Below are positions 37,983-53,034 of a stretch of 64,000 nucleotides of DNA, piece after piece (position 1 is the first letter of the stretch; the number at the start of each line of letters is the position of its first letter). Both the position numbers and the translations under genes were made by a program. Source of the DNA: Octopus vulgaris (taxonomy: Eukaryota); NCBI GenBank assembly GCA_951406725.2, contig OX597820.1, positions 105,152,001 through 105,216,000 on the forward strand, given 5' to 3'. The notes beneath the pieces are model-generated. The model was given only the letters and a program-made list of their open reading frames with translations, searched no databases and was not told where the DNA came from.

Positions 37983-40400
37983 GGATAGATGGATGGATGG
38001 ATGGATGGATGGATGGATGGATGGATGGATGGATGGGTGGGTTTGGGTGGATGGGTGGATGGGTGGATGGATGGATGGACGGATGGAAAAGACAGTGAGC
38101 TGGTAGAATCGTTAGCATTCCAAACAGAATGCTTAGCAACATTTCATCCATCTTTATGTTTTGTGTTCAAATCCTGCCGAGGTTGACTTTGCCTTTCAGC
38201 CTTTTGAGGTTGATAGAATAAGTACCAGTTGAGTGCTGGGGTTGATGTAATCGACTTACATCCTTTCTTGAACTTCCTGGTCTTGTGCCAAAATTTGAAA
38301 CCAAAATTAGAAGGTGAAATGTAAAAACCATAGATTAGAACATTGTGGTATTCATGCCATTTCTAACGACAATAGCAACATAACAAAAGAAAACAATTGT
38401 AACCAGAGACAGAAACTAAATTACAAACAAGCCAACATGGTAAAAATAGCAGCCAAATCTCTCTCAAATAAGAAAAAAAAAAAAGAAAAAAAGGGACACC
38501 CTGGACAATTTCAGAATTGTATTTATTTAAACAGTGGAATGCCTGCCTTTATATTATTCTATCAAATCAGATTTGACTTGGAGCTAAACCACGCCAATTT
38601 AGTTATGAACAATTATCTTAGATTGTATCATAGCATCTATCACCAAATATCAGAGTAAAAAATAATATATTTCGACAATGTTTTGAATTCAACTTTGATC
38701 TGCTTCTCATGAGTTAACTCCAAGGAAAACTTTGAACTATGTTCAAAGCTGTTCCAACCAAGTCTATACTATCTTTTTTAAGGATATATAGGAATACATC
38801 AGCCAATGTGTCTGTGTCTTACTCAAAGCAGTAGAGTGTAATCTGATAGAGATTTGGGAGCTATTTCTAGCTGGTCATGTGACTGCATAGGTCACGTCAT
38901 AAAGTCTCTCTCTAAGAGGTTGATAAAATACATGCCAGGCCTGGATGAAAAGGGGTTGATTCTATCCCATTACTTCTACAAGTGTGTAATTATTGTGCTA
39001 GAATGAGAAAGTTTGGTAGAATCATTCATATAAATGCTGCTTTCATTTGTATCGTACATATTAAAACTGAAAACGTGTGTGTGTGTGTGTATGTGTGTAT
39101 CAGTATGTCCTCGTTTTGTGCCAAAACGGCTTGACCAATTTTTCTTAAACCTCACACACACATTGCTTATGTGTCTGCGGAGTTTTTAAGTATAAATTGA
39201 TTTCAAAAAAATGTTTGGGTAAATGGTGAGAATAACATTTGGGCATGAGTGAACGGTGAGAGTAAAATTTTTAAGCTTCCAAAGGAAATAACACATTCCC
39301 TCCCGAAATTGATTCACCTCTCCCTTAAAATTGCTAGTCTTGTGCCAAAATCTCAAGCCATTATTTATTATCATTACTTTATGATTGAAAAATTCACATT
39401 TGAGCTAACTATCTGCATATTCCATCAATCTTTATCCCACCTACCATACATAACTTTCTTTATCCAGTCATCTCAACTGTGTCTCACATCGCAGATCCTA
39501 CACTGAGCACTTTACCAAACCCTTCTTTCCTTCCAAGAATTTGCATGGAATTTCTTTACCATCCTTTTTTTTACTGCAGACATCACTCAACAAATATTCA
39601 AACTGAACATCAACTGTATGAATTTCACCAGTCTGGGAGTGAGGACTGCAACAGTTGTGGGCTTGCCTCTATAAAAAAACAATTAAATTCATGGATCAAC
39701 TAACTGAATATAGTGTTAACTGGCACAGTACTCTCTTTTTAGACCAGCACCCATCTTGATGATGAGTGCACATACACTGGAATTGCTCTGTACCTTGGTC
39801 TCCACATATGTGTATTACATAATGTTGTAGAGTTACTGTCAACAAGTTCAAAATGAACTCCCTCTTTTGCCATCACAGTGGAACATTTCCTTCTCCAAGC
39901 TGTGCTGGGTGAAGTTATTAACAGGGACATTATCCACAGCAATAATATTTGTGTGGTGGTGGTGGTGGTGGTGGTGGTGGTGGTGTAGTCCTTTTCCCAT
40001 CCAAGAGAACGGATGAAGTTGCACATCTGCAATGTGATGTGTTATGATACAAACTCTTGTACCAACCTTGTAGCTTCAGCCATAAGCACAAGAACCGGAT
40101 CCGATACACAGAGGAGTGGAACACAGCTGAGTATGAGTCATTGACGGTCAGTGCTAAAACCTCTAGTATACTCAGTTCCTGGTTTGCCACTTTCCTTTAT
40201 CAAAATGGGATGGAGGCATTTCACCTGAAGAAAGAACTCCATAAAGTAAAAGTGGATGATGCAACAAATATCACTGACTGTTATGCACAGCATCGTTTTT
40301 GCTATACTGTCCCTGGGGCATAATAGGTAGAAGAAATTATACAAGAAAAATGTAGAATTAATTTGTTGATTGCTGTGTGTGTGCGTGTGTGTGTGTGTGT

Positions 40401-40439
<39 letters not shown>

Positions 40440-40609
40440 ATAGTAAAAATACATGTATGTAAGAACATCTGTATGTTCTTAAATACACAGATACAGATAT
40501 ACATTTTCATTGGTTTCAGACAGTATGTATGTATATATGTATGTATATACAACAATATGCAACATTCAAACATATACTTGAACAGATAAATGTGTGTGTG
40601 CATGAATAG

Positions 40610-40652
<43 letters not shown>

Positions 40653-40731
40653 TAAACAGAAGACATACTCATCAGTAACTTTCTTACACAGATATTTATT
40701 TTTCTAGGTACATATATAAACTTACTCTTAT

Positions 40732-40789
<58 letters not shown>

Positions 40790-43700
40790 CCATACATATT
40801 CAGTTTCTGCAGACTTCTATGCATGAGTCACTACTTTGCCATATGCAAAACTTGAGTGTAGTGTCAATCAATATTTGCATGCATGCATGTGTTGTGAATG
40901 TGTGTATATGAATATATATATAAATGTGTATAAATTTTTAACTTGGCAATGTTTCAAATTTCCCTTTACAGCACAAGTTTTTAGGATACAAAAAAAAAGC
41001 TTTATATTGCACACAGATTAATAAAAAAAAGTGTTTCATTTGACCATCATCATCATCATTTAACATCCGGCTTCCATACTAACGTGTTTGACAGTTTGCC
41101 TGAGTCTCATGAGTCAGAGGAATCCTTCATACGCTAATGTCCACTGCAGATTGGTTTCTATGGTTGGATGCCCTTCCTAATGTTAACTACTTTATACTGC
41201 ACAGGGTGCTTTTTATTTGTGTGTGTGTGTGGTACCAGTGTAAGTGATACCTCATGATTTGCTTCAAGTAAAGAATCTCACTTAAGTAAAGTAGCTTTTG
41301 AAATCCAGATGGACTTATCATGTACACACATATATACACATTCATGTGCAGGCATGTTCATATGTGTGTGCGTGTGTGTGTCTGTATCTGTCTGTCTGTC
41401 TGTCTATGTGTATATCAAGTATCTTAAAGGTTCATTACAACTTCAATTATTTTATAGGTCACTCTTGCTCCAAATTAAAAACAAAATTAAATTATCCAGT
41501 GTACATATTTGAAGCACTATTAAATTAAATTAAGTGAAGGCACGTGGCTTAGTGGTCAGGATATTTCGCTCACAATAGCAAGGTCATGAGTTCGATTCTT
41601 GGCAGTGTATTGTATCCTTGAGCAAGACACTTTATTTCATGTTGCTCCAGTCCACTCAGCTGGCAAAAGTGAGTTGTATCTGTAATTCAAATGGCCAGCC
41701 TTGTCACACTTTGTGTCATGCCGAATCTCCCTGAGAACTATGTTAAGAGTACGTGTGTCTGTGGAGTGTTTAGCCACTTGCATGTTAATTTTACAAGCAA
41801 GCTGCTTTGTTGATCAGAGCAACTGAAACATGTCATCATAACCAACAGAGTACCAATCACGCTTAATGTATATACACTGTTAACAGGCGAGATTATTCAG
41901 CCCAGCAGCTTTTGCAATATCAGTGAATGTATTATTACCGCTTTCTATATATCAGAGATGATAGCTTTCATAAGGAATGCAACTGCAAATATATGACATT
42001 AACAAGGCTGAAGAGAGGGAAAATGCATCTGGCATTCTTACTAATCAACGCCAGGATGATTTTTCATCTCTCACCAATATATTGTGTTTTGAATACAGCA
42101 CATCTATAAGACATTTTATCTTGGATGAAAACTACAATATCTTGGCTATCAAAGATGTATGTATATTAGTTTCAAATTTTGGCACAAGGCCAGCAAGTTC
42201 AGGAGAAGGGGTAAACCAATTACATCAACCCCTGTACTCAGCTGATACTTATTTTATTGACCCTGAAAGGACGAAAGGCAAAGCCACTTTCAGCAGAATT
42301 TTAACTCAAAACATAAAGACAGACGAAATGCCACTAAGCATTTTGCCTGGCATGTTAATTATTCTGCCAGCTGGCTGCCTTAAAAGGTTATGTATATTAA
42401 GTATGGTGTATGAATGGTTATTTTAAAATGAAATTATCATTTTGACTGTAATAAATTCTATCTTTAATAACATTAATTAGTTTGTTAAATGTTTATCATT
42501 CTTAATAAAGATTAAGCTGATGATTAACTATACTTGCATCCTTGGGGTAAAACGGAGGTTCAAACGTAACTTGTGTTTAAGAGGTTTGCTTCCCAACAAT
42601 ATGGCATCAGGTTCAGTCCCATTGCATGGCATCTAAAAGCAAGTGCCTTCTACTATAGCCTCAGGTCAATCAAACCTTGTGAGTTAAATTGGTAGACATA
42701 TGCATGTGTGTGTGTATGTTTGACATCACGTGATAGTTGTAAATGAGTGTCCCTGTCATACAAGCAGTGTCATTCATTTCCAACATTCTGCTAAACCCTT
42801 TAGCATTTAAACCGGTCATATCCAGCCAAAATATTCTACTTGTTTTATGTTCAAACTCAGCAAATATAGTCTCTTACACCTACGCTACAATGTCATGCTA
42901 AAACTAAACGATCCCACAATTGAAATATCAAAGCTACAACATAATGCAATTAATTTCAAACAATGTAAATAAAAAAGCAATACAATTGACAAACTAATCT
43001 GAATGCTAAAGGCTTAAACAAATCTAATCATAGAAAATCTTCTGCTTCAATAAATTCTATCTAACCCATGCCAGCATGGAAAACTGATGTTAAATGATAA
43101 TGATGATGATGATGGTGGTGGTTGTGGTGGTGGAGGTGGCGGCGGTGGTGGTGGTGGCCGTGTTGGTGTTGATGGTGGTGGTGGTGGTTTTGGGTCACCA
43201 AATTTTATATGAGCTTGAGAAAATTTATTGGAACTCAATTTTTCAAATATTCTGACTAATCTTAAACAGTAACTTTCCCTATTTTATTGTCCATCAAAAG
43301 AAGAGAATATTCTTTTATAAGCAACGATAAAAAAAAAAAACACGAAAAAAATTTAAGCTATTAATGTAGGTTGTTTGTTGAAAAGCTGCAAGGATTATTA
43401 TTGATAGTGGTAACATTTTGTAAGCTGCTAGGATTGCACTAAAGAGTTCCATCTTCGTGTAAAGTCAAATAAACATGTCAGTCCCACAGAATTCATCTTT
43501 TCACAAGTTATTAATAATATCCAGAATTTAAAACCATGAAGCCTAAAATTTTGAAGGACATGAGAAGTTGTGATAGTCAAACAAGAGAAGGGAAATGGAT
43601 TTAACTGGGAATCAAAGCTAGAGAACAAAAATTTCGGCTCACCAGGAACTTGACTTTCAACTCCAGCTGCCAGCATTCACCACAAATGAAAGGAAGAATT

Positions 43701-44039
43701 TCTTAAGACCACCTCTTTTTCTATAATACAAAAGTATCCATTTTAGCCTATTTGTTATTCCTGTTTTTATTTCAATTAATTTTGAAAATAATGAAGAATT
43801 TAGTAAAATAATTTTGTCATAATTAAGCTGGTATTCGGAACATTAATTAACATGAAATTTTGATGGAAAGTTTTTAATTTAGATCATTTTAAAACAGGAA
43901 GTTTGTATCACAGAATGAGAAGTAATTCCAGACAGATTGGTTCAAAAGGGTCAGTGTTCAAATTAAAAGCTTCTAAACATTGCTAAGTCATTTCCCAAGC
44001 ATCAAATTAATAACAAAACATTATATTTTATTAGATCAC

Positions 44040-44204
44040 AGGTGCAAGCATGGCTGTGTGATAAGAAGCTTGCTTCCCAACTACATGGTTCTCAGTTCAG
44101 TTCCACTGAATGGCACAATGGGCAAATGTCTTCTATTATAGCCTTGGGCCAACTCAAGCCTTGTGAGTGGATTTGGTAGACAGAAACTGAAAGAAGCCTG
44201 TCAA

Positions 44205-44247
<43 letters not shown>

Positions 44248-44465
44248 TCTGTGTGTGTATTTGTCCCCCACCACCACTTGACAACTGGTGTCAGTATGTT
44301 CACATCCCCATAACTTTGCTGTTCGACAAAAAGAGACTGATAGAATAAGTAGCAGCCTTATCAAAAAAAAGTACTGAGGTTGATTCATTCAACTAAAAGT
44401 TCTTCAAGGTGGTGCTTCAGCATGGCCACAGTCTAATGACTGAAACAAGTAAAAGATAAAAGATC
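44040..44465 (+). mobile_element. Full-length SINE family A
   Basis: Same architecture as 30987-31410, with a central GT tract. Confidence 0.85.
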
Positions 44466-47036
44466 ACTTTATACCTGCTTATTTTTTTAAAGTTAATTAA
44501 AACATACAAGCAGTATATATCATACGAAATATAGTCAAGAAAATGTTGCATAGAAAAGCAGTGGTTGAAGAGTAGAAAAATAATCAACTATATTAACCTC
44601 AGAATATTACAGGTATATATTTTACATTGTCTAGAACGATAAAAAGCAAATCTAGCTTCAATATGATTCTAACCCAAAACCATGAATGATGAAACTAAAG
44701 GTTATTGAACATTCAAGCCAGCACTATACAGTCTTGACTATCTACAAAGATTCCATTACAGAAAAAAATAATGATAAAGCAGGACGAGATAAAGCATCAT
44801 TATTGCCTGCTAGTAGTTGCTAGTGTCTTATGATAATAACATTGTAACCTTCACCTGATGAAAGTTAAGGAAATATAACTACCAGATGTTATAGTAGTGT
44901 TTTGCTACTGTCACTATGGACCTTTTTAGGGATGGTAAATCTAAACATTATGTTGTTAGTGTAGAATTTGAGAAAACTTTCTAGTGCCTGATCTTCAGGA
45001 ACAGCTTTGTATCAAGTTGCACAACCCACGATCTTTATCCTTCACCATAACCACCTATTAGGGTGTAGATATAGTAACATCTATATCCTGTCTAGCCTGA
45101 CACAAGAAGAGTTGAGTATGTTATCTCAGGACAGTGTAAAAAATAATAAATATCATAAGAAGTAATGCTACAACAAAAGTTAATTTTATAGACGTTCTTT
45201 TAAGTTCTGTCAATTTCCATATTGCTTCACTGGAAGAAAAATGTTTAAAATTGTTTTCATTTCTAGTCTCTAAATTATTATCTATTAAAAACATATTTCT
45301 AGGGAGGAATTTAATATTTGATAGGCACAGACATGGCTATGTGGTGAGGACAGACAAGTTTGTATGGTTAAGATGTTTGCTTCCCAATTACGTGGTTTTA
45401 AGTTCAGTGCCACTGTGCGACACCTTGAATAAGTACTTTCTACTACAAATGTCTGCTTAGCCTAGTCTCTCTCTGCAAGCAGATGCCATTCCTTGCACTA
45501 ATCCTTTTACAGAGTGAATTGGTTGCCATTTTTTCATGGCAGCAGCACTAGTAAAGTTTCTAAGTAACTTGCAATACAAAAATCCTCTCCGGGGGTGGGG
45601 GTAGTAGAGAGGGAGATGACTTTGTGTCAAGTGTAAGAAGCTAAGGTGTGATAAAGGGACTGGAACAGCTGGTTAGTTGTAGAGGAGATACACAGCTACC
45701 CCAGCTTGAAAGTGATGAGATGTTAGGACATACACTTAAGGTACAAGAAGGTCAGCAGAAAAGAGAATAGCAACCAAGAATTTGAGAAGGTGGAGAAGTT
45801 CACAAGAGTTTGAGAGGAGAATGACAGATAAATAGAGATGGGTGCCAAATGGGAATATAGTGAATGGTGAAAAAGCGCAGAGGGATGGTGAATAGTAAAT
45901 ATGAGTTGTAAGGTTAAGGTGAAAGAAATAGAAATGGTTCAGAGTTGATAACTGGCAGTACACAAGAGGTAAAGAGCAGCAATGTGTAAGGGTAGGGTGG
46001 TAAAGGAGAAGTGAGTGAGAGAGAGAGAGATGTACAATGACAGAGATGGAGATCAGGGGTACATAGTGAGTGGTGAACAAAGGTGTGTGGGGGGGGGGTA
46101 TGCAAACCTCTTACTTTCTACTTCTTTTCTTGCAAAGTAAACTTGTCACCTAAGCTTCTCTACTACCTTCCTGATATAACTGTCTGCTGCCTCCATTTTT
46201 CTTGTTTTTCCAAACCACTCTCTTTGCTTTTATGGCTCTGTCTACCTCACTGTTCCACTCCACCACCATGTCACCCTCAGTCTGGTTGGAACTTTACACC
46301 AACCACAGATTTCCTTTGTAACCCTCAGTAGGTTGTTTCATAAGAGTTGTCCTTTATTATATGTCTCTATCTCCTCCTCCTCCTCCCTTTCATCAAATAC
46401 TTCAGCTAGAACTTCTTTAAATCTCTAGCAGTTCAATGAATCTTTAAGCTTGTATGTGTGTGTGTCTTTGTTTTGACGTTGTACGAAAGGTGTAAACAAG
46501 AGTCACTATGATATGTATGGTGTCATTAATTTCCAATTTCCAGTGAAAATATGTCAAGTCATGGGGAAATATTACTTGACTTGGAAATAAGTAAGGGCTG
46601 GTAACAGGAAGGGCCTCCAGCTGTAGAAAATCTGCCTTTAAGTATTCTGTCGGACCTATGTAGGAATGGTATAGTGGACATTAAAACAATGATGATGAGT
46701 TTATATTTTCAGTGAAATTTGCCTGCTATTTGTACCAATTCAAGCCTCACTCATTCTATAAATCAGGAAGAACAGCATATGGTGAAAATTCAATATAAAA
46801 TTGACTGAATATGTGAGCTAGAGTCTATCACTTATTATGTTGGCTTAATTATATATGCCATAAGCCTGCCTAAACTTACTAACGAGCTAATGTCTAATCC
46901 AATAAGTCTAGCACTTTTAATTTCCTGATGTACTGCAGCTAATAACCAAATAGAAACTTTCATCTTGATCCAATTAATATAAGACCCTTAAAAAAACCCA
47001 AGAAAATAGAGGAGCAAAGGACCTCACTACTCAATA

Positions 47037-48450
47037 TCAATAACAAGGAATTGTCTCCCTTTGGATATCCATCATAAGTGACCCTGTTTTCTTGTGGGTT
47101 CTAATAGGCCAGCAGGAATTTCCTCCGAAGACCTCCATTCTGGAGTTAAGGATGTTCCCCAAGTCAAGGGAATCCTTTAGTATCCTAGCCCATTCCTCTA
47201 TGCATAGTTTACAATGCTTGATCCCATTTATGAAGGGGCCTGGATTTTCTAGGATTCTCCATGATATTGCATGTGGAATCCCATCATCCTTCAGCTGCCA
47301 TACATGGCTGGCTAATGATGTAACGTATCTCTTTACTGGTATCCTGAAAGTGGATTTGTGATTGGAGAGGTATTGCTTGAATGTATCTCCATGCTTTGGT
47401 GTTGGTGGTGCTGTATCTGCTGGTATTGGCATCGCTGCTACCGCTGTTGTTGGTACTGGTGCTGTTGGTGTTGGTGTCATTGGAAGTGGCAATGGTGTTG
47501 GTGCCGTTACTACTGGTGTTGGTAATAGTGCTGTTGTTGTTATGGTCATCGTTATTGATGGTGGCACTGTCACTGCTGTTACAGATATCTTTGGTGATGG
47601 CTCTGCTACTATTTCCAATAAGGGCACTGCCATTGCTGTCGGTGATGTTATTGTTGTTATCACTGGTGGTAGTGCTGCTGCTGGTTCTGTTCATGTCTCT
47701 GCTGCTGCTACTATTGGTACTGTCAACCCTGCTACTTTAGTAGCCATTGGAGAAGCTGCTGATGTTGTTACTGCTACTAGGGTCGGCCAGTACCTTAGCT
47801 TCATAGACGATTCCCTTGGTTTCCCAGTGGCCTCTCACTTGGCACCTGTTGTTGTCCCTGCATAAGCATCTTGTCTCCCCTCATGATCTAGGGGTGCTAA
47901 CTAGAATGCTCTTAATATTGTAGGCCCAGCTAAAAGGGATCCTAAGGTTGTGCCTGTTGAAAATGCATCCATACCTATTTGAACATGTGAAATGTTTATC
48001 TAATAACTTAAGGAATATCCTACCTACAGACGTTTTTTATGTTAAGAGAGAGGGTGGGGCAAACCAAATGATAATTCTGCAATGCTTCCTTCTACAGATG
48101 TTGGGGCCCAGCAGGTAGGAGATGTGGTCCCTAAATCCATTAGCAGTTACAGCCTCATTATAGTAGGGGACTGCTGTATCAAAAATCTCTTGGCTGGAGG
48201 AAAGGTTCATGATCCTCTTGCCAACATCCTTCAACAGGTTTTTGGACAGGAGGCTCTTTGGACATAAGCCTCTCATTTGGCTTGCAGTTGAGTCTGTATG
48301 TACTGGAGACCAAGTCGAGCATGATGTCTAAGAAGAGATTGGTCTCAATGGTAATTTTTAATCCCATGGAGCCATGTGTGCTAATTAGATCTTTCCTCAG
48401 TCTGTCTAGAGTGTGTCCATTTGCTCCTCTAGAAATGGCCAGGGTGTCAT
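47037..48450 (-). mobile_element. Penelope-like retroelement (RT C-terminus plus GIY-YIG C-terminus), degenerate
   Basis: DDTLAI..LRKDLI..GLKITIETN..FLDIMLDL, KRIMNLSSSQEIF..YNEA..IIWFAPP, and TFKQYLSNHKSTF..TSLASHVWQLKD..ISWRIL..CKLCIEE..ILNSRME. Confidence 0.9.
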
Positions 48451-48490
48451 CACATATATATATATATCTTTGCTATCATGCAAAAGTATC

Positions 48491-49391
48491 TGTGACGATA
48501 AATATGATTAGAGTATTTGTAACGATAAAGTTTTATTAGAGTGTAGTCGAGGGTCACCAATTCTAACGGTTAGGTTTTAATTAGTGTATCTACCAATTGT
48601 AACAGGTGAGATTGATTAGGTACACAATAATATGAAATGTCGGAGTCAGCAGTGGTAACGATAAAAATTTGTTGTTGTAATTGCAAGTTGTAGGATGTGA
48701 AAGATGAAAAATGCATGAAGTTTTAAGAAAGTATTTATTTACCGTTACATTTAAAAGCACCATACCTTGACAGGCAGGTTATGATAAATCCAAAAGCATG
48801 CAAAGTAAAGTTTGTGTTTGTGTTCTCTTCATTGTTTAGGAGTAATTACAGTGAGAGATAGAATGATGTTGTAAGAGAACAGAAATTAGAGCTAGTGAGA
48901 GTCGTAGGGTGTGGGACGTCGTCTCACAGTTGCTGACAGTAATTTTCATTTCTCTCGCTGACTAGTAGCTGCATTCCTTGTGATCATGATTCTAGCAGTC
49001 CGGTCCCTAACTAATTGAGTTGTCACAAACTGCCTCACTCAGCTGTCGCCAACTGACCACTTGGTTGAGTCGTCACCAACTGTGACTAACTGATTTTTGC
49101 TTGGGATGTGCTTGCTTTTATAACTATCCAGAAGGATAGATATATCATTGAGAACAATAGATTTAGTTGGTGATCTTGTTATCTCTATTCTTGCTTTTGG
49201 TGAAGTAAAAGAGGTTAGAAAGGGTGAAGTGGTGAGGACATTATTTTGGCCTAGCTAAAGGCATCTGGAAAATGTAAAACTGCTGTCAGAGAAAAACCAT
49301 TGTTCCACTGTGAGAAAAGTTCTGTTGCAGTGTTAATTTAAATTTGGCTATGGTGGATCGAATCCACTTCATGCTTGCAAGTTCCACTACA
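48491..49391 (-). mobile_element. Probable solo LTR
   Basis: TGT...ACA ends, near-match 4-bp flanks tatc/tatt, and minus-strand TATAAAAG (~49120) upstream of AATAAA (~48736). Confidence 0.55.
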
Positions 49392-49733
49392 TATTGTAAG
49401 TCCAAAACATTGCTTTTTCAGAAAATGCAAAAATAGTTTCACCATTCCATTTCTATTTACCTTAGCAACAGTTTCAGCTTAACAATAATACTTCGTTCGG
49501 TGCATAAAATCATAACTCCATGCATGTGTGATATTTTCAGTCAGAAATATTTCTGTGGGGCTTACTACATTTTTGAAAAATACTAAACCGTTGTACTACA
49601 CTTTGACGATTTTCATCTGAAGCAGCTGGAGATACGATAGTTTGAGGAAAAGAACCGGCTATTGCAAGCAAAATCAAATATTGAAAAAAACACATTTGGC
49701 CAAATTCGGGCATACAACAGTTTCACATAATAG

Positions 49734-49827
<94 letters not shown>

Positions 49828-49927
49828 TGGCTGCCGACAGATTTTTTTCTGCAAAATATGGATAGTTTATCCTGTTCATGCTATATTATTAGCATTATCC
49901 TGTATTTGAGAATAAAAATATTTCCTT

Positions 49928-50518
49928 AGCCAAGTGAGACCATAACCTATACCAGGGGTGTAACCAGCCCACTTATGTGTACCTTTCCTTCATTGGACAC
50001 TAAACTCTGCTTGCAAAGACCTATTAAGGCAAGTGAAATTGATATCAAATTCAATGACTGGCATCTGTGCTAGTGGAGCGCTAAGAGCACCATCCGAGCA
50101 TGATCGTTGCCAGAGCAACTGACTGCCTTCCATGCTGGTAGCACGTAAAAAGCACCATTCAAGTGTGATCATTACCAGCATTACCTTACTGGTACTTGTG
50201 CCGGTGGCACGTGAAAAGACATTCAAGCGAGGTTGTTGCCAGTGCCACTGGACTGGCTCCGGTGCAGGTGGCACGTAAAAAACACCATTTGAGCGTGGCC
50301 GTTGCCAGTACCATCTGACTGGCCCTCGTGCCAGTGGCACGTAAAAGCACCCACTACACTCTCGGAGTGGTTGGCGTTAGGAAGGGCATCCAGCTGTAGA
50401 AACTCTGCCAGATCAGTTTGGAGCCTGGTGCAGCCATCTGGTTCGCCAGTCCTCAGTCAAATCATCCAACCTATGCTAGCATGGAAAGCAGACGTTAAAC
50501 GATGATGATGATGATGAT
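49928..50518 (+). mobile_element. RTE LINE 3' UTR with (GAT)n tail
   Basis: Related to 16992-17525; repeated ggcacgtaaaaagcacca units; ends gttaaacgatgatgatg. Confidence 0.85.
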
Positions 50519-50638
50519 ATATATACACACACATTTTATAGACAAGCAAGTAAACTTCAAATGCAGTATAGCCATGAAAAAACAGTAGAGAAAGATTGAG
50601 TTTTTACCCTCAGAAGACAGAATAAGTTGCCAGCAATA

Positions 50639-51548
50639 TATTGGGTCATCCCATAAATAATGCTGTTTCTTTATAATCCTTTTATTTTTCAAAATTAAGA
50701 TAAGCAAAGTTCTTTTTTAATCTAAAATATACTCTCCTTCATTTTCTACAATGCTCTTCCATCTATCTGGTAGACTTGCAAGGCCCCGCTTCCAAAATTC
50801 ACTTGTCTGTGATGAAAAATACTCCTTCAGTACTCTTCTGACCTTGTCTACAGAATTTATATTTTTTTCACCCAAAAGATTTTGAAGACTGCAGAATGCA
50901 TGATAATCAGTTCTGGCAAATATGGTAGGTGGGTCATTGTTTCCCATTCAAACTGCTCCAACTTTTGGAATGTCATCCTCACTGTATGTGGCTAAGCATT
51001 ATCCTGATGGAAGAATACATTTCGTCTTGAAACCAAAGATGGTCCGTTTTTTCTAGTGCTGACTTGAATGACTGGTTGAATAACCAAATCCAAGCTTCTC
51101 TGCTAGTTCCTCAACAATTACAATGGGATTTTGTTCCACTAGTGTTTGCAGGACATCCTTGTAGAGCTCTACTGATCTTCCAGGATGAGGCTCATCTTCT
51201 AGGCTGTAGTTTTCAGCTTGGAATTTCTAGAACCACCATTGACACTGGCTTACACTTACGTCCAATCCCCATATACTGCATTAATATTCCTCACACACTT
51301 TATTGTGTTGTTGCCTTTATTGAACTCATAAAGCGAAATATGCCGAATATGCTCCTTTGTCACTATAGCTTGGAAAAAATAACTGTTAAAGTCGAACTGC
51401 ACTCTTCAAAATTTGCACTAAGAATAAGTACAAGGTAAAATTTCTCCCTGCTTTTATAGCAAGTTGATGCAAGTAGTTTATCCTGTCCCCCTTCAACTTT
51501 TAGTTCATGCAATGGAAAAACCCACATTATTTACAGGACAGCCCAATA
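50639..51548 (-). mobile_element. Internally deleted mariner transposon
   Basis: TDYHAFCSLQN..LPDRWKSIVENEGEYI; TA-flanked TIRs tattgggtcatcccataaataatg / cattatttacaggacagcccaata. Confidence 0.9.
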
Positions 51549-52454
51549 TATATCATTATCCTCATCATTTTAATGTACACTTTTTCATGTTTGCATGGGT
51601 TAGCTGGAATTTGCTAAGGCAGATTGTTTTCAACAGTTTGATTCCCTTTCGGTCAAACACCATCACCTGTTTCCAAGTAAGGCAATGTTTTCCCATGATT
51701 AGCTATGTTTCAGATTAGAAACAAAGGGAACTGCTTGCATGATAGGGACACTTGCAACTATTATGTAATGTTGTGTGTGTTTGTGTGTGTGTGTGTGTGT
51801 GTGCAGGCACAGGCACATGTATAAGCACAGGTATGGCTATAATAGGTGTGGGCATGCCTGTGAGGTTTAAAAAGTTCATGTCCTAACCACATGGTTTCTA
51901 GTTCAGTGCCACTGTATGGCACCTTGTGCAATTATGTTCTACATTGTCTTGGTCTGACCAAAGGTTTGTGAGTGGATTTGGTAGACAGAAACTGAAAGAA
52001 ACCTAACATTTATATAAATAAATATATATTATGTAGACAGGGGGAAAAAAATCCAAGCTGTGTCTTCCAGCACATCTTATTCCAATATTTCAATGCAGTA
52101 TGTAGTTGTTGTCATTGTTGTATTGATGTGAGATGGATATTAGAGTTGAAAATTCTGTGTTATTTGATTCTCTGTCTGAAGAATTTTTGAAAGGAAATTT
52201 CTTACATGTTTGTCCAATTTGTAAAATTTTATGATTCCAATTAGAAAATGAAACATGTGTAATGGTGAATAAATAATACTAAAATGTTTCCAGATTCTTG
52301 TTTTGTTAAATGAATATGTGTGTGTATGTTTGTGTGAGTTCATATTTCCTCATCTGGATGTGTTTGTTCACAAGCAGTATCACTTGCTTGCAATCTGCCA
52401 CAAAAACATGTCCAAACATTTTGACAAGTCACACAAACTGTGTTAATAAATTTC

Positions 52455-52512
<58 letters not shown>

Positions 52513-53034
52513 ACCCACACCACACCACACACAACCCAGCTATTTAGCACATATGCAAAAATCAAAGCATGAAATGTTTCTATTTCAGATCATAAGGTCT
52601 AAGATGTTCCTGGCACAGATCCACAAATTTGAAGGTAGACATGCAGTTGATTTTCAAGAGACCTCAGTACCTCCTTTGTACTCATAAAAAAACAAAATCA
52701 ACTAAAACGATGATGGTTACAGCTGAATTTTGGAAGGCAATTAATTTGATCAACATTAACTCACTACCATTTTTAATTAACTTGATTGCCTTCATCTCAT
52801 TCCATTAATAATATATGAACTCTAAATTTAGCACAAGGCCATAAATTTGGGGGTAGGGTGTAACCTTTTGACACTACCCCACCTGAGACTGACTCCTAAT
52901 TCTATAATAAAAAAACTTCCTCTTTTAAATTAGATTAAAACCTTCATTAAAATTCCAAATACCAGTTATATGACAAAATTATTTGGATAAATTCTTCATT
53001 AATTTCAAAATTTATATAAACAAATACAGTGTAA

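Noticed and set aside
39739-40323. Short ORFs in complex sequence around a (GGT)n tract
   Set aside because: No recognisable homology or consistent splice signals
43428-43676. 82-aa minus-strand ORF
   Set aside because: No motif recognised; length compatible with chance
44853-44880. CTGATGA followed by GAAA (also near 7232-7255 and 46925-46960)
   Set aside because: Stems I and III cannot be formed convincingly, so these are not called hammerheads
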